A DNA stretch of 64,000 bases from Bacillota bacterium. Lineage in GTDB: Bacteria > Bacillota > Sulfobacillia > JAJZYS01 > JAJYTV01. The translations under genes were made by a program, and so were the position numbers. The stretch is from contig JAJYSJ010000002.1 of assembly GCA_021793645.1 (NCBI GenBank), positions 2,003 through 66,002 on the forward strand, in the 5' to 3' direction. The stretch's first letter is position 1; the number at the start of each line of letters is the position of its first letter. The notes under the pieces were generated by a model. The model was not told the DNA's origin. It ran no database searches and worked only from the letters and a program-made list of their open reading frames with translations. Positions 60,608 to 64,000 of the stretch are shown here, in pieces.

Positions 60608-61048
60608 CTATTGCGGATGTGCAACAATCCCGCTGCGCAGCGCCTCGCGGATTTCGGCCGGGAAGGCGACCGCCCGGTGCTGCGTGCGGTTTAGGTGCGC
60701 GGCAATGAGTTCACTCGTTGCCACAAGGTCGCCCGTCGTCGACCGGCGGACCTGGTGCCGGTAGCGAATCGTCTTCTCACGTACCTCGAGGAGCTCCGTG
60801 AACGCCACGATCGTGTCGCCCGGGAACAGTTCCTTGTGATACGTCGTCTCCTGTGCAAGTGCCGCCATGCCGCAGCCGCTCGCCTCGAAGTACGGGCGGC
60901 TCAGGCCGTGGCGGGCAAAAAACGTCCAGTTCGCGGCGTCGAAGATCGCTGCGTAGCGAGCGATGTTGACATGCCCCATGTGGTCTGAGTCTGCCGGGTA
61001 GACGACGCCGACGTAGGTGGGCGTCTCTTCTGTGGAAGGACCGCTCAC
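60608..61048 (-). CDS. Hotdog-fold acyl-CoA thioesterase (4HBT/YbgC-like)
   Basis: VYP.D.DHMGHVN..RY...FD motif; GTG start after GGAGGAG. Confidence 0.85.
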   Translation of the reverse strand: MSGPSTEETPTYVGVVYPADSDHMGHVNIARYAAIFDAANWTFFARHGLSRPYFEASGCGMAALAQETTYHKELFPGDTIVAFTELLEVREKTIRYRHQVRRSTTGDLVATSELIAAHLNRTQHRAVAFPAEIREALRSGIVAHPQ

Positions 61049-61193
61049 GGATCTCCTCCCCTTCACTTCAATCACTCGGTCGGAATGCACCACTGCCGCC
61101 GCAGTGCAATACGGTACGGGTGGCGTCGGGAGCGAGCACAGGCCATGCCCCGCTCCGCATCCCGACCACTTTGCCGCAAGGGGAGCGACGCTT

Positions 61194-63083
61194 GTGTGCG
61201 GAATCGCCGGCTGGGTCGATTGGCGACGGGATCTACGGCAGGAGGCGGCAACGCTGGAGCGGATGGCCGCGGCGATGGCCCCCCGCGGCCCAGATGATGC
61301 CGGGCTCTGGCTCTCCACGAACGTCGCGTTCGCCCACAGGCGACTGATCGTCGTCGATCCGGCGGGCGGCGCGCAGCCGATGCACAAGCAGTACGGTACA
61401 CGGCGCTTCGTGATCACGTACAACGGAGAACTGTACAACACCGAGGATCTTCGCCGCGACCTGCTCGCCCGTGGATATCGGTTCGACGGACACTCCGACA
61501 CGGAAGTGCTGCTTGCCGCCTATGCCCACTGGGGCGAGGCCTGCCTTTCGCACCTCAACGGAATCTTCGCCTTCGCGATCTGGAACGAAGCGGAGGAAAC
61601 GCTGTTCCTCGCCCGCGACCGGCTCGGTGTGAAGCCCCTTTTCTACGCCGAACGACCGGACGCCTTCCTCTATGCATCGGAACTCAAGGGCCTGCTGGCA
61701 AACCCGCTCGTGCCCGCCGAACTCGACCGCGACGGGCTCAGCGAGGCCTTCCTCATGGCCCCATCGCGTACACCGGGCCACGGCGTGTTCCGCGGCGTCA
61801 AGGAACTGCGTCCCGGCTGGAGCATACGCGTGACAAGGCGCGGTTCGCGCCTCCACCGCTACTGGGCCCTCGAGGCGCACGAACACCTCGACAGCGCCGA
61901 GGAAACCGCCGCGCGCGTACGCTTCCTCCTCCGCGACGCCGTGGAGCGTCAGCTCATCTCCGACGTGCCGATCTCGACGCTGCTGTCCGGCGGTCTTGAC
62001 TCGAGCGCCGTGACCGCCTTCGCGGCAGAGGGCCTCAAGGCCCAGGGTCGCGACGCGCTGCGCACCTACTCGGTCGAGTTCGCGGAGATGGACCGTCACT
62101 TCCGCCCGACCGCCTTCCAGAAGTCGCTCGATGGGCCCTGGGTGCAGCGGGTCTCCGAACTCTTCGCCACCGACCATCGCAGGGTGGTGCTCGATACGCC
62201 GGAACTGGTGCATTACCTCGGCGCCGCTCTGCAGGCTCGCGACCTACCCGGCATGGCCGATGTCGACACCTCGCTCCTGCTGTTCTGCCGCGATGTGCGG
62301 CGCGGCGCGACGGTCGCGCTCTCCGGTGAGTCGGCCGACGAGGTGTTCGGCGGCTACCCCTGGTTCTATCGCGAGGACGCCCTCGCCGCCCACACCTTCC
62401 CCTGGGCCCTGCGTCAACGGGATCGCGTAGCGCTCCTGAATCCCGAGTTTGCCGCCTGGCTGGAACCGGAGCAGTACGTGGCAAACCGCTACGAGCAGGC
62501 TCTCGCGGAAGTGCCCAGCCTTCCGGGCGAGGATCCGACAGAAGCGCGCATGCGCGAGCTCCTCTACCTTAACATCACGCGCTTTCTACCGACGCTCCTC
62601 GACCGCAAGGACCGCATGAGCATGGCCACAGGCCTTGAAGTACGCGTGCCCTTCTGCGACCACCGGCTCGTGGAGTACACCTACAACATCCCATGGGCGC
62701 TGAAGACCTACGGCGGCCACCCGAAGGGCATCCTGCGCGAAGCGCTGCGCGGCATCCTGCCCGACGACGTCCTCTATCGCCCGAAGAGTCCCTATCCCTC
62801 CACCCCGAACCCGACGTACCTCTCCGCGATGCGCAGCCAGGCGCTCGAAGTGCTGTCCGACCCCGGTTCGCCCTTGTCCGCGTACCTGAACCGCACTGCG
62901 ATCGAGCGGCTCGCGCGCGAGGAGCAAGACCCCTTTGCACTGCCCTGGTTCTCGCAGCTCATGGGCCTCGCGCAGTGGTTTTCATACGTTGTGCAGCTCG
63001 ATCTGTGGCTCCGCTCCTACCGGATCCGGCCGATCGCCGACAGGGGAGCGCCCGACCTCCCCCACGTCGTCCTCCAATCCTAA
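61194..63083 (+). CDS. asnO: Asparagine synthase (glutamine-hydrolysing), AsnO-type
   Basis: (M)CGIAG Ntn start, RGPD, HRRL.VVD..GG.QPM, LSGGLDSS, SGESADE.FGGYPW, RKDRMSMA.GLEVRVPF. Confidence 0.9.
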   Translation: MCGIAGWVDWRRDLRQEAATLERMAAAMAPRGPDDAGLWLSTNVAFAHRRLIVVDPAGGAQPMHKQYGTRRFVITYNGELYNTEDLRRDLLARGYRFDGHSDTEVLLAAYAHWGEACLSHLNGIFAFAIWNEAEETLFLARDRLGVKPLFYAERPDAFLYASELKGLLANPLVPAELDRDGLSEAFLMAPSRTPGHGVFRGVKELRPGWSIRVTRRGSRLHRYWALEAHEHLDSAEETAARVRFLLRDAVERQLISDVPISTLLSGGLDSSAVTAFAAEGLKAQGRDALRTYSVEFAEMDRHFRPTAFQKSLDGPWVQRVSELFATDHRRVVLDTPELVHYLGAALQARDLPGMADVDTSLLLFCRDVRRGATVALSGESADEVFGGYPWFYREDALAAHTFPWALRQRDRVALLNPEFAAWLEPEQYVANRYEQALAEVPSLPGEDPTEARMRELLYLNITRFLPTLLDRKDRMSMATGLEVRVPFCDHRLVEYTYNIPWALKTYGGHPKGILREALRGILPDDVLYRPKSPYPSTPNPTYLSAMRSQALEVLSDPGSPLSAYLNRTAIERLAREEQDPFALPWFSQLMGLAQWFSYVVQLDLWLRSYRIRPIADRGAPDLPHVVLQS

Positions 63084-63142
63084 AGGGTAGCCCTCGTCCC
63101 ATGGCGAATCTTGCCGCTATGCGACCGCGGGGAGGATGCGCA

Positions 63143-64000
63143 ATGCACCCGCAGTTCACCCACTCGCCGGCTTTGGGCGCGCGTCTCGCGCGCCAGCCGG
63201 CGCTTGGCGGCCTGGCAATTCGCCTGACATTCTTAACACTGGCTCTGCTGGTGCTCTTCCTTTTCGGACAAGGTCTTGCATGGCCAGCGCTGGCACTCAC
63301 AGCGGCCGGGTACGCCATGCTCTGCGTTGCGCTTTATCTTGTCGAGCGCCGCCGTGCATCCCTTGCCCCGCGTTGGCAGTCAGCGCTCGACATGCTTTCT
63401 GTCACCCTCCTCATCCACTTCCTCGGTGCGCTGCAGATCGTCGCAGCGGCGCTCTACCTCATCCCGATCCTCGAGGCGGGATATGCCGAAGGATCCTACG
63501 TCGCCGCCGCCTACGCGACGGCTGCACTTTTGCTTGCGCTCGTGTTTGGCGCCGAACGCTCCGCCATCCTCGGTATCGCAGTTCCCCTCTACGCAGCGGG
63601 AATCTCCGTTGGCTACCTGCGTTCTGCGAACGTTGCGTCCGGGCGCCGAGAAAACGCCCTGGAACGCGCAGTACGGGAAGCTGCAAAGGAACTCTCGACG
63701 CTTGAAGACCTCGATCAAATGCTCGCCTTCGTCGGCGAGCGCATCCACGCACTGGCCGGCGCCGATGCCTGCATCGTACGAACCAGCCCGGATGCCGCTT
63801 CCGAGGTGTGGTTCGACGGTACAAGCCATGACGAGGTAGAGGAGGCGCGGGCCCCCCTCGCCTCCCTGATGCGGGCGGCAGGCGGCGCGGCCGTTCCGCT
63901 GCGCATGCAGGACCTGACACCCCAATTGGCGGCGTCCTGGCGGGCGGCAGGCGTACAGTGCGCCCTGCTGCTCCCCTTGGCTGTGGCGGACGACCCTTCC
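63143..64000 (+). CDS. Membrane sensor protein with GAF domain (partial; runs off the window)
   Basis: Manual translation from the ATG after GGAGG: several TM helices, then LERAVREAAKELSTLEDLDQML...ADAC... GAF-like segment; open to the window end. Confidence 0.7.
   Translation, partial: MHPQFTHSPALGARLARQPALGGLAIRLTFLTLALLVLFLFGQGLAWPALALTAAGYAMLCVALYLVERRRASLAPRWQSALDMLSVTLLIHFLGALQIVAAALYLIPILEAGYAEGSYVAAAYATAALLLALVFGAERSAILGIAVPLYAAGISVGYLRSANVASGRRENALERAVREAAKELSTLEDLDQMLAFVGERIHALAGADACIVRTSPDAASEVWFDGTSHDEVEEARAPLASLMRAAGGAAVPLRMQDLTPQLAASWRAAGVQCALLLPLAVADDPS

Noticed and set aside
61194-63083. asnO as a lasso-peptide cyclase or other biosynthetic cluster enzyme
   Set aside because: It has an intact Ntn glutaminase N-terminus (CGI) and an AsnO-like sequence, with no precursor peptide, RRE or peptidase gene nearby.
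63136-63925. Listed ORFs near the right edge
   Set aside because: The credible gene is in another frame (ATG at 63143) and runs off the window.

Overview
High-GC chromosomal segment, most likely from a Bacillota (Firmicutes) organism. This is inferred from gene order and content: gap-pgk-tpiA-gpmI-eno-secG-est-rnr-smpB-ssrA, rph-rdgB, glnR-glnA, phoPR-pstSCAB-phoU, AroH-type chorismate mutase, asnO and a CitR-like LysR. About 50 CDS, three tRNAs (Pro, Gly, Arg) and a tmRNA are supported. No CRISPR array, prophage or intact transposase was seen, only a possible IS1182-like remnant. Two candidate undescribed systems stand out. (1) A three-gene polysaccharide operon at 46.3-50.6 kb pairs a close motif-level homologue of streptococcal hyaluronan synthase with a WbpA/WecC-type (not HasB-type) nucleotide-sugar dehydrogenase and a GH16 hydrolase-CE4 deacetylase fusion. 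(2) A putative IclR regulon of two convergent operons at 18.3-30.4 kb encodes a P5C-dehydrogenase-like enzyme, two class III aminotransferases, an FAD amine oxidoreductase, an APC permease, a CoA-transferase and a 3-oxoadipyl-CoA-type thiolase. It has no aromatic ring-cleavage genes and could route a beta-amino C6 compound such as beta-lysine to 3-oxoadipate. Other oddities are a CitR-like regulator paired with a Re-citrate synthase, GlnR paired with a GSI-beta glutamine synthetase, a GAPDH with NADP-type signature residues in a cggR-less operon, a nested aspartokinase beta-subunit start, and a CTG-initiated UMP kinase paralogue. All family assignments come from motif recognition by eye; no searches were run.
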